DNA of 63,999 nucleotides, filler included, from Planctomycetota bacterium (GTDB taxonomy: Bacteria; Planctomycetota; Planctomycetia; JALXBF01): NCBI GenBank assembly GCA_026991575.1. It is 7 parts of 7 records of this genome, joined end to end, with 100 filler letters (N's around TTAATTAATTAA, not from the genome) between each part and the next. Parts side by side here need not be neighbours in the genome. Positions count along the whole stretch, not along the records: positions 62,399 to 63,999 come from JALXBF010000090.1; 6 more parts are not named here. The stretch is one strand, 5' to 3'. The position numbers were made by a program, and so were the translations under genes. The notes below the pieces were generated by a model that was given only the letters and a program-made list of their open reading frames with translations, searched no databases and was not told the origin of the DNA. This document shows, in pieces, positions 62,982-63,999 of this stretch (the stretch's first letter is position 1; each line of letters begins with the position of its first letter).

Positions 62982-63422
62982 TCAGCGCTTTCTTGGGCAG
63001 TCCGACGTGGTGACCGTGACTTCCCCTAGGGCAGCGTTGTCAATGTCCACATAGCGGTACGTGATCCGGGCGCCGACCACCAGTAGGGGCGTGGTCGGTG
63101 CGCACACCTCCTCCAGAATTCCCTGCTTGACCTCATGGATCCAACGCTGTTCGTCAATGTCAGCCCGTCGGATGTATAGCATCTGATACTGGAGTGTGAG
63201 GGTTTGTCCGTCCTCGTGTGCATCCACCAACAGTATTCCATCCTCGTAATAAATTGGGATTTCGTCTTTGAGCGTGCGAACGACTTCCTTGAGCACCGCC
63301 TTGCGCACCTTGGCCATGTTGGCGGCGAAATCCGCCAGAGCGGGCTGTGTGGGAGCCAGCCAGAAAGTCGCCACGAGCAAAGTGCTTAGCGCAGCGCTCC
63401 GGCCGCTGCGTCTGTCCCTCAC
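62982..63422 (-). CDS. Small secreted protein, possibly PA3611/AspS-GspS2-like fold
   Basis: AGGAG RBS before the GTG, signal peptide ending PALA, two Cys with the pattern LQYQ...EVC...GARITYRYVD...SDC. Confidence 0.6.
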   Translation of the reverse strand: MRDRRSGRSAALSTLLVATFWLAPTQPALADFAANMAKVRKAVLKEVVRTLKDEIPIYYEDGILLVDAHEDGQTLTLQYQMLYIRRADIDEQRWIHEVKQGILEEVCAPTTPLLVVGARITYRYVDIDNAALGEVTVTTSDCPRKR

Positions 63423-63999
63423 TGGGTGCACTCCTATTTGGCTGTGTTCGACAACGTTAATCGTACTACGGCCCAGCGATTCGTGGTTCGGTTGGGGTAG
63501 GCAGCGCTTAGGGGCCGGAATGGCTTGCGGTCGCGAACAGGCTAAGCTGCCGAATCGAGTGGGCAGCCAAGAGGGACGTATGCACGGGCTTGCGATCGGC
63601 CCACCGGGGCGACGGCGGCCCGCCCGCAGCTTGCCCGCGCGTTCCGGCGAGATGCTCGGCTCGGTAGGTATCACACCTTCGCCAACGGTGGAGTTCACGT
63701 GCCATCGTGGACGCGTGATGCCTTGGCATGGACGAAGCACCTGCGATGGCAAAGGAAAAGCGCCGTATTCAACGGGGGTCCGCCGGTGGACGACGGATTC
63801 GGCAGAAAGCCGGCGTGGTCCTGCGTCAATGGAGCACGAGGTCAAGCGTTCGGTCCCGCTGGTCCGCGTCTAGGTCTCGCGCGCTAGGCACGATGCGGGG
63901 CGGCGTCGGGCTACGCGCGGGCGGCGCCGGGGGCGGGCTGGCGTGATGAGGCGGGGTCTGCGGCTGCCTCCGGGGCGCAACGCGGTGGTGATCGCCGAC

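Noticed and set aside
1..63999. tRNA, rRNA, tmRNA, RNase P or SRP genes
   Set aside because: No T-loop/cloverleaf or other signature seen by eye; tRNAscan-SE and Infernal were not run, so absence is not proven.

Overview
GC-rich bacterial sequence, most likely a Planctomycete (DUF1559 prepilin-type gene, zinc-finger/TPR Ser/Thr kinases, Sua5-phosphatase fusion). The window is seven separate contigs joined by 100-bp N/TTAATTAATTAA linkers (1-23302, 23403-46450, 46551-48254, 48355-54403, 54504-60527, 60628-62298, 62399-63999), so adjacency across linkers means nothing. Contigs 1-2 are mostly housekeeping: sugar ABC transporter, mnmA, a degenerate mreB-like gene with PBP2, nadA, trpG, moeA, lnt, fabH, pyrR-pyrB-pyrC, leuB, rpiB and trpBA. 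The short contigs are accessory: an AHH nuclease toxin with an Imm11-like/DMP19-like fused immunity gene, two paralogous RHS toxins, IS66 and IS3 remnants, and a hairpin repeat family. The strongest candidate for something undescribed is a stand-alone NusG paralogue with an 11-arginine tail. It is preceded by a structured, ops-like leader and followed by a small basic protein that looks like a catalytically dead LAGLIDADG domain. Other leads: an apparently ATPase-impaired MreB; a nuclease-plus-HerA/FtsK-like ATPase, probably defence-related; a 756-aa beta-propeller in the RHS immunity position; and a near-consensus promoter with a perfect operator palindrome upstream of a DUF1559 gene. All family assignments come from motif recognition by eye; no database search was run.
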